Shown piece by piece: positions 1-14,300 of a stretch of DNA of 64,000 nt (positions are counted from its first letter, which is position 1; each line of letters opens with the position of its first letter). Under the pieces are notes generated by a model. It saw nothing but the letters and a program-made list of their open reading frames with translations, ran no database searches and was not told the origin of the DNA. Both the position numbers and the translations under genes were made by a program. Source of the stretch: the human T2T-CHM13v2.0 reference genome, Homo sapiens; assembly GCF_009914755.1 (NCBI RefSeq), contig NC_060933.1. The stretch is one strand, 5' to 3'.

Positions 1-519
1 GTGTAGGCAGAGCATAGAGAAGAGTTGCATCACCTGGGTAATCAGTGCAGAGATATGTCACCATTTCCCCTGTATTCAGAGCATAGAGAAGTGTTGCATC
101 ACCTGGGTGATCATTGCAGAGATATGTCACAATGTCCCCTGTAGGCAAAGCCTAGGCAAGGGTTACATCACGTTTGTCATCAGTTCAGGGATATGTGAAA
201 ACGCCCCTGGAGTCAGGGCCTAGACAACAGTTATATCCTCTAATGATCACTGCAGAGATATTTCACAATACTCCTATAGGCAGATCCAAGACAAGAGTTG
301 AATCACCTGGGTGATCAGTGCAGAGATATGTCACAAAGCTTCTGTAGGCAGAACTTAGATGAGTTACATCACTTGGGTGATCAGTGCAAAGCTATGTCAC
401 AAAGCCCCCTGTATGCAAAGCCTAGACAATATTTACATCACTTACTTGGGTGTCCTGTGGCGAGTTCTCTCACAATTCCCCTGTAGGCAGAGCTTATACA
501 ACAGTTACATCACCTGAGT

Positions 520-2773
520 GATCAGTGGAAAGGTATGCCACAATGCCCCCATAGGCAGACCCAAGACAAGAGTCCGTCACCTGGGTGATCAGAGCAGAGA
601 TATGTGAGAATTCCCGTGTAGGCAGAGCCTCGACAAGTGTTACATAACCTAGGTTATCAGTGCCACTATAAAGCATAAAGAATCCTGTAGGCAGAGCATA
701 GACAAGAGTACCGTCCCCAGAGTGATCAGTGCAGAGAGGTGTCACAAAGCCCATGTAGGCAGAGCCTAGACAAGAGTTTCATCACTTGGTTGATCAGTTC
801 AGAGAAGTGTCAAAATGTCCATGTAGGCAGATCTAAGACAAGAGTTCCATCACCTGGGTGATCAGTGAAGGGATATGTACTAATGTCCCATGTAGTCAGT
901 GCCTAGACAAGTGTTGCCTCACGTCAGAGATCAGTGCAGAGATATGTCACAAAGCCTTCTGTAGACAAAGCCCATAAAACGCTTACATCTCCTAGGTGAT
1001 CAATACAGTGATATGTCACAAAAGTCTCTGTAAACAGAGGCTAGAAAAGAGTTACATCACCTGGTTGTTCAGTGCAGATGTTTGACACAATGCCCCGATT
1101 GACAGAACCTAGACAAGACTTCCATCACCTGGGTGATCAGTGCAGAGATATGTCACAAATCCCCCTGTAGGCACAGTATAGAGAAGAGTCCCGTCACCTG
1201 GGTGATCAGTGCAGCGATATTTCACAAAGCCCCTGTAGGCAGAGTGGTCAAGAGTTACATAACCTAGGTGATCTGTGCAGAGCTATGTCAAAACGCCCCT
1301 GTAGACAGAGCCCAGATAAATGTTACATCACCTGGGAGATCAGTGCAGAGATACGTCACAATACCCCCTGTAGGTGGAGCCTAGACAAGAGTTAGATCAC
1401 CTGGGTGATCAGTGCAGAGATACGTCACAATAACCCCTGTAGGTGGAGCCTAGACAAGAGTTACATCACCTGGGTGATCAGTACAGAAATATGTCACAAA
1501 GCCCCTGTAGGCCAAGCCTAGACAAGGATTACATCTCCTGGGTGATCAGTGCAGAAATATGTCACAAAGCCCTGTAGGCCGAGCCAAGACAAGAGTTACA
1601 ACTCCTGGGTGATCAGTGCAAAGATATGTCACAACGCCCCCTGCAGACATATCCCAGAAAATTGGTACATCTCCTGGGCGATCAGTGGAGCTATCTGTCA
1701 CAATCCCCTTTAGGCGCAGCTTAGACAAGCGTTACATCAGATGAGTGATCAATGCAGACAGATGTCACTGTGCCCCCATAGGCTGCTCCAAGAAAAGAGT
1801 CCATCACCTGGCTGATCAGTGCAGAAATATGCCACAATGCCGCCAGTGGGCAGATATAGACAAGTATTACATCACCTGTGTGATCACTTCAGAGATATGT
1901 CAAAATGCCCCTGTAGGCAGAGCCTAGACAAGAGTCTCATCACCAGGGTGATCAGTGCAGAGTTATGTCACAAAGCCTCCTTTTGGCAGAGCCTAGACAA
2001 AGGTTGCATCACCTGGGAGATCAGGGCAGAGATATGTCACAATGCCACCTGTAAGCAGACCCCAGACACTAGTTGCATAACCTCGGTGATCAGTGCAGAG
2101 ATATGTCTCCAAACACCCTGTCGTCGAAGCCTATACGAGAGTTACATAATATCGGTGATCGGTGCAGTGATATGTTAACATGCCCCTGTAGGCAGAGGCT
2201 AGACAAGAGTTACATCCCCTGGGCGATCAGTGCAGAGATATGTCACAATGCGCCCTGTAGGCAGAGCATAGAGAAAAGTTGCATCACCTGGGTAATCAGT
2301 GCAGAGATATGTCACCATTTACCCTGTAGTCAGAGCCTAGAGAAGCGTTGCATCACCTGGGTGATCATTGCAGAGATATGACACAATGTCCCCTGTAGGC
2401 AAAGCCTAGGCAAGGGTTACATCACGTTTGTCATCAGTTCAGGGATATGTGAAAACGACCCTGGAGGCAGGGCCTAGACAACAGCTATATCCCCTAATGA
2501 TCAGTGCAGAGATATTTCACAATACTCCTGTAGGCAGATCCTAGACAAGAGTTGAATCACCTGGGTGATCAGTGCAGAGATATGTCACAAAACTCCTGTA
2601 GGCAGAACTTAGATGAGTTACATCACTTGGGTGATCAGTGCAAAGCTATGTCACAAAGACCCCTGTATGCAAAGCCTAGACAATATTTACATCACTTACT
2701 TGGGTGACCTGTGGTGAGATCTCTCACAATTCCCCTGTAGGCAGAGCTTATACAACAGTTACATCACCTGAGT
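520..2773 (+). repeat. Variant HOR, 33 monomers (2254 bp); m26-m30 missing, junction at about 2225
   Basis: m25 (TTAACATGCCCC...AGAGGCTAG) is followed directly by m31 (AATGCGCCCTG). 2594-341+1 (extra T at about 845) = 2254. Confidence 0.9.
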
Positions 2774-5367
2774 GATCAGTGCAGAGGTATGTCACAATGC
2801 CCCCATAGGCAGACCCAAGACAAGAGTCCGTCACCTGGGTGATCAGAGCAGAGATATGTGAGAATTCCCGTGTAGGCAGAGCCTCGACAAGTGTTACATA
2901 ACCTAGGTTATCAGTGCCACTATAAATCATAAAGAATCCTGTAGTCAGAGCATAGACAAGAGTACCCTCCCCAGAGTGATCAGTGCAGAGAGGTGTCACA
3001 AAGCCCATGTAGGCAGAGCCTAGACAAGAGTTTCATCACTTGGTTGATCAGTTCAGAGAAGTGTCAAAATGTCCATGTAGGCAGATCTAAGACAAGAGTC
3101 CATCACCTGGGTGATCAGTGAAGGGATATGTACTAATGTCCCTTGTAGTCAGTGCCTAGACAAGAGTTGCCTCACGTCAGAGATCAGTGCAGAGATATGT
3201 CACAAAGCCTTCTGTAGGCAAAGCCCATACAAGGCTTACATCACCTAGGTGATCAATACAGTGATATGTCACAAAAGTCCCTGTAAACAGAGGCTAGAAA
3301 AGAGTTACATCACCTGGTTGTTCAGTGCAGATATTTGACACAATGCACCCATAGACAGAACCTAGACAGGACTTCCATCACCTGGGTGATCAGTGCAGAG
3401 ATATGTCACAAATCCCACTGTAGGCAGAGTATAGAGAAGAGTCCCATCACCTGCGTGATCAGTGCAGTAATATTTCACAAAGCCCCTGTAGGCAGAGTGG
3501 TCAAGAGTTACATAACCTAGGTGATCTGCGCAGAGCTATGTCAAAACGCCCCTGTAGGCAGAGCCCAGATAATTGTTACATCTCCTGGGAGATCAGTGCA
3601 GAGATACGTCACAATACCCCCTGTAGGTGGAGCCAAGACAAGAGTTAGATCACCTGGGTGATCAGCGCAGAGATACGTCACAATAACCACTGTAGGTGGA
3701 GCCTAGACAAGAGTTACATCACCTGGGTGATCAGTACAGAAATATGTCACAAAGCCCCTGTAGGCCAAGCCTAGACAAGGATTACATCTCCTGGGTGATC
3801 AGTGCAGAAATATGTCACAAAGCCCTCTAGGCCGAGCCAAGACAAGAGTTACATCTCCTGGGTGATCAGTGCAAAGATATGTCACAAAGCCCCCTGCAGA
3901 CATATCCCAGAAAATTGGTACCTCACCTGGGCGATCAGTGGCGATATCTGTCACAATCCCCTTTAGGCGCAGCTTAGACAAGCGTTACATCAGATGAGTG
4001 ATCAGTGCAGACATATGTCACTGTGCCTCCATAGGCTGATCCAAGACAATAGTCCCTCACCTGGCTGATCAGTGCAGAAATATGCCACAATGCCGCCAGT
4101 GGGCAGATATAGACAAGTATTACATCACCTGTGTGATCACTTCAGAGATATGTCAAAATGCCCCTGTAGGCAGAGCCTAGACAAGAGTCTCATCACCTGG
4201 GTGATCAGTGCAGAGTTATGTCAGAATGCCTCCTTTTGGCAGAGCCTAGACAAAGGTTACATCACCTGGGAGATCAGGGCAGAGATATGTCACAATGCCA
4301 CCTGTAAGCAGATCCCAGACACTAGTTGCATAACCTCGGTGATCAGTGCAGAGATATGTCTCCAAACACCCTGTCGGCGAAGCCTATACAAGAGTTACAT
4401 AATATCGGTGATCGGTGCAGTGATATGTTAACATGCCCCTGTAGGCAGAGGCTTCCCAAGAGTTACATCACCTGGGTGATCAGTGCAGAGATATCTCACA
4501 ATAACCCTGTAAGCAGAGCCAAGACAAGAGTTACATCACCTGCGAGATAAGTGCAGAGATATGTCATAAATCTCACAGAAGGCAAAGCCTAGGCAAGTTT
4601 TCCATCACCTCAGCGAGCAGTACACGGATAGTTCCCAATGTCCCTCTAGGCAGAGCTTAGACAAGAGTCACATGTCCTGGGTGATCAGTGCAGAGATAAG
4701 TAACAATGCCTCCATAGGCAGAGCCTAGACAAGTGTTACATAACCCAAGTGACCCGTGCAGAGTGATGTCACAACGCCCTCTGTAGGCACAGACTAGAAA
4801 GTGTTACATCACCTGAGTTATCAGTGCAGAGATATGTCACAATGCGCCCTGTAGGCAGAGCATACAGAAGAGTTACATCACCTGGGTAATCAACGCAGAG
4901 ATATGTCACCATTTCCCCTGTAGTCAGAGCCTAGAGAAGCGTTGCATCACCTGGGTGATCATTGCAGAGATATGACACAATGTCCACTGTAGGCAAAGCC
5001 TAGGCAATGGTTACATCACGTTTGTCATCAGTTCAGGGATATGTGAAAACGCTCCTTGAGGCCCGGCCTAGACAACAGCTATATCCCCTAATGATCAGTG
5101 CAGAGATATTTCACAATACTCCTGTAGGCAGATCCTAGACAAGAGTTGAATCACCTGGGTGATCAGTGCAGAGATATGTCACAAAGCTCCTGTAGGCAGA
5201 ACTTAGATGAGTTACATCACTTGGGTGATCAGTGCAAAGCTATGTCACAAAGCTCCCTGTATGCAAAGCCTAGACATTATTTACATCACTTACTTGGGTG
5301 ACCTGTGGCGAGATCTCTCACAATTCCCCTGTAGGAAGAGCTTATACAACAGTTACATCACCTGAGT
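2774..5367 (+). repeat. Representative canonical HOR unit: 38 monomers, 2594 bp (subtype A)
   Basis: Counted 38 monomer starts between 2774 and 5367, with lengths 66-73 bp. Unit starts inferred from a recurring anchor: 520, 2774, 5368, 7962, 10556, 13150, 15744, 18268, 20861, 23455, 25572, 28165, 30759, 33353, 35946, 38538, 41063, 43657, 46251, 48844, 51437, 54031, 56625, 59219. Spacing is mostly 2592-2594 bp. One GAATTC per unit in m2 (e.g. 608-613). Confidence 0.95.
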
Positions 5368-8300
5368 GATCAGTGCAGAGGTATGTCACAATGCCCCCAT
5401 AGGCAGACCCAAGACAAGAGTCCGTCACCTGGGTGATCAGAGCAGAGATATGTGAGAATTCCCGTGTAGGCAGAGCCTCGACAAGTGTTACATAACCTAG
5501 GTTACCAGTGCCACTATAAATCATAAAGAATCCTGTACTCAGAGCATAGACAAGAGTACCCTCCCCAGAGTGATCAGTGCAGAGAGGTGTCACAAAGCCC
5601 ATGTAGGCAGAGCCTAGACAAGAGTTTCATCACTTGGTTGATCAGTTCAGAGAAGTGTCAAAATGTCCATGTAGGCAGATCTAAGACAAGAGTCCATCAC
5701 CTGGGTGATCAGTGAAGGGATATGTACTAATGTCCCTTGTAGTCAGTGCCTAGACAAGAGTTGCCTCACGTCAGAGATCAGTGCAGAGATATGTCACAAA
5801 GCCTTCTGTAGGCAAAGCCCATACAAGGCTTACATCACCTAGGTGATCAATACAGTGATATGTCACAAAAGTCCCTGTAAACAGAGGCTAGAAAAGAGTT
5901 ACATCACCTGGTTGTTCAGTGCAGATATTTGACACAATGCCCCCATAGGCAGAACCTAGACAGGACCTCCATCACCTGGGTGATCAGTGCAGAGATATGT
6001 CACAAATCCCCCTGTGGGCAGAGTATAGAGAAGAGTCCCATCACCTGGGTGATCAGTGCAGTGATATTTCACAAAGCCCCTGTAGGCAGAGTGGTCAAGA
6101 GTTACATAACCTAGGTGATCTGTGCAGAGCTATGTCAAAACGCCCCTGTAGACAGAGCCCAGATAAATGTTAGTTCTCCTGGGAGATCAGTGCAGAGATA
6201 CGTCACAATACCCCCTGTAGGTGGAGCCTAGACAAGAGTTAGATCACCTCGGTGATCAGTGCAGAGATACGTCACAATAACCCCTGTAGGTGGAGCCTAG
6301 ACAAGAGTTACATCACCTGGGTGATCAGTACAGAAATATGTCACAAAGCCCCTGTAGAACAAGCCTAGACAAGGATTACCTCTCATGGGTGATCAGTGCA
6401 GAAATATGTCACAAAGCCCTGTAGGCCGAGCCAAGACAAGAGTTACATCTCCTGGGTGATCAGTGCAAAGATATGTCAAAAAGCCCCCTGCAGACATATC
6501 CCAGAAAATTGGTACATCACCTGGGCAATCAGTGGAGATATCTCTCACAATCCCCTTTAGGCGCAGCTTAGACAAGCGTTACATCAGATGAGTGATCAGT
6601 GCAGACATACGTCACTGTGCCCCCATAGGCTGATCCAAGACAAGAGTCCATCACCTGGCTGATCAGTGCAGAAATATGTCACAATGCCGCCTGTGGGCAG
6701 ATATAGACAAGTATTACATCACCTGTGTGATCACTTCAGAGATATGTCAAAATGCCCCTGTAGGCAGAGCCTAGACAAGAATCTCATCACCTGGGTGATC
6801 AGTGCAGAATTATGTCACAATGCCTCCTTTTGGCAGAGCCTAGACAAATGTTACATCACCTGGGAGATCAGGGCAGAGATATGTCACAATGCCACCTGTA
6901 AGCAGATCCCAGACACTAGTTGCATAACCTCGGTGATCAGTGCAGAGATATGTCTCAAAACACCCTGTCGGCGAAGCCTATACAAGAGTTACATAATATC
7001 GGTGATCGGTGCAGTGATATGTTAACATGCCCCTGTAGGCAGAGGCTAGGCAAGAGTTACATCACCTGGGTGATCAGTGCAGAGATATCTCACAATAACC
7101 CTGTAAGCAGAGCCAAGACAAGAGTTACATCACCTGCGAGATAAGTGCAGAGATATGTCATAAATCTCACAGAAGGCAAAGCCTAGACAAGTTTTACATC
7201 ACCTCAGCGAGCAGTACAGGGATAGTTCCCAATGTCCCTCTAGGCAGAGCTTAGACAAGAGTCACATGTCCTGGGTGATCAGTGCAGAGATAAGTAACAA
7301 TGCCTCCATAGGCAGAGCCTAGACAAGTGTTACATTACCCAGGTGACCCGTGCAGAGTGATGTCACAACGCCCTCTGTAGGCACAGACTAGAAAGTGTTA
7401 CATCACCTGGGTGATCAGTGCAGAGATATGTCACAATGCGCCCTGTAGGCAGAGCATACAGAAGAGTTGCATCACCTGGGTAATCAGTGCAGAGATATGT
7501 CACCATTTCCCCTGTAGTCAGAGCCTAGAGAAGCGTTGCATCACCTGGGTGCTCATTGCAGAGATATGACACAATGTCCACTGTAGGCAAAGCCTAGGCA
7601 AGGGTTACATCACGTTTGTCATCAGTTCAGGGATATGTGAAAACGCCCCTTGAGGCAGGGCCTAGACAACAGCTATATCCCCTAATGATCAGTGCAGAGA
7701 TATTTCACAATACTCCTGTTGGCAGATCCTAGACAAGAGTTGAATCACCTGGGTGATCAGTGCAGAGATATGTCACAAAGCTCCTGTAGGCAGAACTTAG
7801 ATGAGTTACATCACTTGGGTGATCAGTGCAAAGCTATGTCACAAAGCCCCCTGTATGCAAAGCCTAGACAATATTTACATCACTTACTTGGGTGACCTGT
7901 GGCGAGATCTCTCACAATTCCCCTGTAGGCAGAGCTTATACAACAGTTACATCACCTGAGTGAGCAGTGAAGAGGTATGTCACAATGCCCCCATAGGCAG
8001 ACCCAAGACAAGAGTCCGTCACCTGGGTGATCAGAGCAGAGATATGTGAGAATTCCCGTGTAGGCAGAGCCTCGACAAGTGTTACATAACCTAGGTTATC
8101 AGTGCCACTATAAATCATAAAGAATCCTGTAGGCAGAGCAAAGACAAGAGTACCCTCCCCAGAGTGATCAGTGCAGAGAGGTGTCACAAAGCCCATGTAG
8201 GCAGAGCCTAGACAAGAGTTTCATCACTTGGTTGATCAGTTCAGAGAAGTGTCAAAATGTCCATGTAGGCAGATCTAAGACAAGAGTCCATCACCTGGGT

Positions 8301-11300
8301 GACCAGTGAAGGGATATGTAGTAATGTCCCTTGTAGTCAGTGCCTAGACAAGAGTTGCCTTGCGTCAGAGATCATTGCAGAGATATGTCACAAAGCCTTC
8401 TGTAGGCAAAGCCCATACAAGGCTTACATCACCTAGGTGATCAATACAGTGATATGTCACAAAAGTCCCTGTAAACAGAGGCTAGAAAAGAGTTACATCA
8501 CCTGGTTGTTCAGTGCAGATATTTGACACAATGCCCCCATAGACAGAACCTAGATAGTACTTCCATCACCAGGGTGATGAGTGCAGTGATATGTCACAAA
8601 TCCCCCTGTAGGCAGAGTATAGAGAAGAGTCCCATCACCTGGGTGATCAATGCAGTGATATTTCAAAAAGCCCCTGTAGGCAGAGTGGTCAAGAGTTACA
8701 TAACCTAGGTGATCTGTGCAGAGCTATGTCAAAACGCCCCTGTAGGCAGAGCCCAGATAAATGTTACGTCTCCTGGGAGATCAGTGCAGAGATACGTCAC
8801 AATACCCCCTGTAGGTGGAGCCTAGACAAGAGTTAGATCACCTGGGTGATCAGTGCAGAGATACGTCACAATAACCCCTGTAGGTGCAGCCTAGACAAGA
8901 GTTACATCACCTGGGTAATCAGTACAGAAATATGTCACAAAGCCCCTGTAGGCCAAGCCTAGACAAGGATTACATCTCCTGGGTGATCAGTGCAGAAATA
9001 TGTCACAAAGCCCTGTAGGCCGAGCCAAGACAAGAGTTACATCTCCTGGGTGATCAGTGCAAAGATATGTCACAAAGCCCCCTGCAGACATATCCCAGAA
9101 AATTGGTACCTCACCTGGGCGATCAGTGGAGATATCTGTCACAATCCCCTTTAGGCGCAGCTTAGACAAGCGTTACATCAGATGAGTGATCAGTGCAGAA
9201 ATATGTCACTGTGCCACCATAGGCTGATCCAAGACAAGTGTCCATCACCTGGCTGATCAGTGCAGAAATATGCCACAATGTCGCCAGTGGGCAGATATAG
9301 ACAAGTATTACATCACCTGTGTGATCACTTCAGAGATATGTCAAAATGCCTCTGTAGGTAGAGCCTAGACAAGAGTCTCATCACCTGGGTGATCAGTGCA
9401 GAGTTATGTCACAATGCCTCCTTTTGGCAGAGCCTAGACAAAGGTTACATCACCTGGGAGATCAGGGCAGAGATATGTCACAATGCCACCTGTAAGCAGA
9501 TCCCAGACACTAGTTGCATAACCTCGGTGATCAGTGCAGAGATATGTCTCCAAACACCCTGTCGGCAAAGCCTATACAAGAGTTACATAATATCGGTGAT
9601 CGCTGCAGTGATATGTTAACATGCCCCTGTAGGCAGAGGCTTGCCAAGAGTTACATCACCTGGGTGATCAGTGCAGAGATATCTCACAATAACCCTGTAA
9701 GCAGAGCCAAGACAAGAGTTACATCACCTGCGAGATAAGTGCAGAGGTATGTCATAAATCTCACAGAAGGCAAAGCCTAGACAAGTTTTACATCACCTCA
9801 GCGAGCAGTACAGGGATAGTTCCCAATGTCCCTCTAGGCAGAGTTTAGACAAGAGTCACATGTCCTGGGTGATCAGTGTAGAGATAAGTATCAATGCCTC
9901 CATAGGCAGAGCCTAGACAAGTGTTACATAACCCAGGTGACCAGTGCAGAGTGATGTCACAACGCCCTCTGTAGGCACAGACTAGAAAGTGTTACATCAC
10001 CTGGGTGATCAGTGAAGAGATATGTCACAATGCGCCCTGTAGGCAGAGCATAGAGGAGAGTTGCATCACCTTGGTAATCAGTGCAGAGATGTGTCACCAT
10101 ATTCCCTGTAGTCAGAGCCTAGAGAAGCGTTGCATCACCTGGGTGATCATTGCAGAGATATGTCACAATGTCCCCTGTAGGCAAAGCCTAGGCAAGGGTT
10201 ACATCACGTTTGTCATCAGTTCAGGGATATGTGAAAACGCCCCTTGAGGCAGGGCCTAGACAACTGCTATATCCCCTAATGATCAGTGCAGAGATATTTC
10301 ACAATACTCCTGTAGGCAGATCCTAGACAAGAGTTGAATCACCTGGGTGATCAGTGCAGAGATATGTCACAAATCTCCTGTAGGCAGAACTTAGATGAGT
10401 TACATCACTTGGGTGATCAGTGCAAAGCTATGTCACAAAGCCCCCTGTATGCAAAGCCTAGACAATATTTACATCACTTACTTGGGTGACCTGTGGCGAG
10501 ATCTCTCACAATTCCCCTGTAGGCAGAGCTTATACAACAGTTACATCACCTGAGTGAGCAGTGAAGAGGTATGTCACAATGCCCCCATAGGCAGACCCAA
10601 GACAAGAGTCCGTCACCTGGGTGATCTGAGCAGAGATATGTGAGAATTCTCGTGTAGGCAGAGCCTCGACAAGTGTTACATAACCTAGGTTATCAGTGCC
10701 ACTATAAATCATAAAGAATCCTGTAGGCAGAGCAAAGACAAGAGCACCCTCCCCAGAGTGATCAGAGCACAGAGGTGTCACAAAGCCCATGTAGGCAGAG
10801 CCTAGACAAGAGTTTCATCACTTGGTTGATCAGTTCAGAGAAGTGTCAAAATATCCATGTAGGCAGATCTAAGACAAGAGTCCATCACCTGGGTGATCAG
10901 AGAAGGGATATTTACTAATGTCCCTTGAACTCAGTGGCTAGACAACAGTTGCCTCACGTCAGAGATCAGTGCAGAGATATGTCACAAAGCCTTCTGTAGG
11001 CAAAGCCCATACAAGGCTTACATCACCTAGGTGATCAATACAGTGATATGTCACAAAAATCCCTGTAAACAGAGGCTAGAAAAGAGTTACATCACCTGGT
11101 TGTTCAGTGCAGATATTTGACACAATGCCCCCATAGACAGAACCTAGACAGGACTTCCATCACCTGGGTGATGAGTGCAGAGTTATGTCACAAATCCCCC
11201 TGTAGGCAGAGTATAGAGAAGAGTCCCATCACCTGGGTGACCAGTGTAGTGATATTACACAAAGCCCCTGTAGGCAGAGTGGTCAAGAGTTACATAAAAT

Positions 11301-14300
11301 AGGTGATCTGTGCAGAGCTATGTCAAAACGCCCCTGTAGGCAGAGCCCAGATAAATGTTACATCTCCTGGGAGATCAGTGCAGAGATACGTCACAATACC
11401 CCCTGTAGGTGGAGCCTAGACAAGAGATAGATCACCTGGGTGATCAGTGCAGAGATACGTCACAATAACCCCAGTAGGTTGAGCCTAGACAAGAGTTACA
11501 TCACCTGGGTGATCAGTACAGAAATATGTCACAAAGCCCCTGTAGGCCAAGCCTAGACAAGGATTACATCTCCTGGGTGATCAGTGCAGAAATATGTCAC
11601 AAAGCCCTGTAGGCCGAGCCAAGACAAGAATTACATCTCCTGGGTGATCAGTGCAAAGAAATGTCACAAAGCCCCCTGCAGACATATCCCAGAAAATTGG
11701 TAACTCACCTGGGCGATCAGTGGAGATATCTGTCACAATCCCCTTTAGGCGCAGCTTAGACAAGCGTTACATCAGATGAGTGATCAGTGCAGACATATGT
11801 CACTGTGCCCCCATAGGCTGATCCAAGACAAGAGTCCATCACCTGGCTGATCAGTGCAGAAATATGCCACAATGCCGCCTGTGGGCAGATATAGACAAGT
11901 ATTACATCACCTGTGTGATCACTTCAGAGATATGTCAAAATGCCCCTGTAGGCAGAGCCTAGACAAGAGTCTCATCACCTGGGTGATCAGTGCAGAATTA
12001 TGTCACAATGCCTCCTTTTGGCAGAGCCTAGACAAAGGTTACATCACCTGGGAGATCAGGGCAGAGATATGTCACAATGCCACCTGTAAGCAGATCCCAG
12101 ACACTAGTTGCATAACTTCGGTGATCAGTGCAGAGATATGTCTCCAAACACCCTGTCGGCGAAGCCTATACAAGAGTTACATAATATTGGTGATCGGTGC
12201 AGTGATATGTTTACATGCCCCTGTAGGCAGAGGCTAGGCAAGAGTTACATCACCTGGGTGATCAGTGCAGAGATATCTCACAATAACCCTGTAAGCAGAG
12301 CCAAGACAAGAGTTACATCACCTGCGAGATAAGTGCAGAGATATGTCATAAATCTCACAGAAGGCAAAGCCTAGACAAGTTTTACATCACCTCAGCGAGC
12401 AGTACAGGGATAGTTCCCAATGTCCCTCTAGGCAGAGCTTAGACAAGAGTCACATGTCCTGGGTGATCAGTGCAGAGATAAGTAACAATGACTCCATAGG
12501 CAGAGCCTAGACAAGTGTTACATAACCCAGGTGACCCGTGCAGAGTGATGTCACAACGCCCTCTGTAGGCACAGACTAGAAAGTGTTACATCACCTGGGT
12601 GATCAGTGCAGATATATGTCACAATGCGCCCTGTAGGCAGAGCATACAGAAGAGTTGCATCACCTGGGTAATCAGTGCAGAGATATGTCACCATTTCCCC
12701 TGTAGTCAGAGCCTAGAGAAGCGTTGCATCACCTGAGTGATCATTGCAGAGATATGACACAATGTCCCCTGTAGGCAAAGCCTAGGCAAGGGTTACATCA
12801 CGTTTGTCATCAGTTCAGGGATATGTGAAAACGCCCCTGGAGGCAGGGCCTAGACAACAGCTATATCCCCTAATGATCAGTGCAGAGATATTTCACAATA
12901 CTCCTGTAGGCAGATCCTAGACAAGAGTTGAATCACCTGGGTGATCAGTGCAGAGATATGTCACAAAGCTCCTGTAGGCAGAACTTAGATGAGTTACATC
13001 ACTTGGGTGATCAGTGCAAAACTATGTCACAAAGCCCCCTGTATGCAAAGCCTAGACAATATTTACATCACTTACTTGGGTGACCTGTGGCGAGATCTCT
13101 CACAATTCCCCTGTAGGCAGAGCTTATACAACAGTTACATCACCTGAGTGAGCAGTGAAGAGGTATGTCACAATGCCACCATAGGCAGACCCAAGACAAG
13201 TGTCCGTCACCTGGGTGATCTGAGCAGAGATATGTGAGAATTCCCGTGTAGGCAGAGCCTCGACAAGTGTTACATAACCTAGGTTATCAGTGCCACTATA
13301 AATCATAAACAATCCTGTAGGCAGAGCAAAGACAAGAGTACCCTCCCCAGAGTGATCAGAGCAGAGAGGTGTCACAAAGCCCATGTAGGCAGAGCCTAGA
13401 CAAGAGTTTCATCACTTGGTTGATCAGTTCAGAGAAGTGTCAAAATGTCCATGTAGGCAGATCTAAGACAAGAGTCCATCACCTGGGTGATCAGTGAAGG
13501 GATATGTACTAATGTCCCTTGTAGTCAGTGCCTAGTGAAGTGTTGCCTCACGTCAGAGATCAGTGCAGAGATATGTCACAAAGCCTTCTGTAGGCAAAGC
13601 CCATACAAGGCTTACATCACCTAGGTGATCAATACAGTGATATGTCACAAAAGTCCCTGTAAACAGAGGCTAGAAAAGAGTTACATCACCTGGTTGCTCA
13701 GTGCAGATATTTGACACAATGCCCCCATAGACAGAACCTAGACTGGACTTCCGTCACCTGGGTGATCAGTGCAGAGATATGTCACAAATCCCCCTGTAGG
13801 CAGAGTATAGAGAAGAGTCCCATCACCTGGGTGATCAGTGCAGTGATATTTCACAAAGCCCCTGTAGGCAGAGTGGTCAAGAGTTACAAAACCTAGGTGA
13901 TCTGTGCAGAGCTATGTCAAAACGCCCCTGTAGGCAGAGCCCAGATAAATGTTACATCTCCTGGGAGATCAGTGCAGAGACACGTCACAATACCCCCTGT
14001 AGGTGGAGCCTAGACAAGAATTAGATCACCTGTGTGGTCAGTGCAGAGATACGTTACTATAACCCCTGTAGGTGGAGCCTAGACAAGAGTTACATCACCT
14101 TGGTGATCAGTACAGAAATATGTCACAAAGCCCCTGTAGGCCAAGCCTAGACAAGGATTACATCTCCTTGGTGATCAGTGCAGAAATATGTCACAAAGCC
14201 CTGTAAGCCGAGCCAAGACAAGAGTTACATCTCCTGGGTGATCAGTGCAAAGATATGTCACAAAGCCCCCTGCAGACATATCCCAGAAAATTGGTACCTC

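Noticed and set aside
665-680. TATAAA in m3 of each HOR as a possible TATA box
   Set aside because: An isolated hexamer in a diverged monomer with no other promoter evidence from sequence alone.
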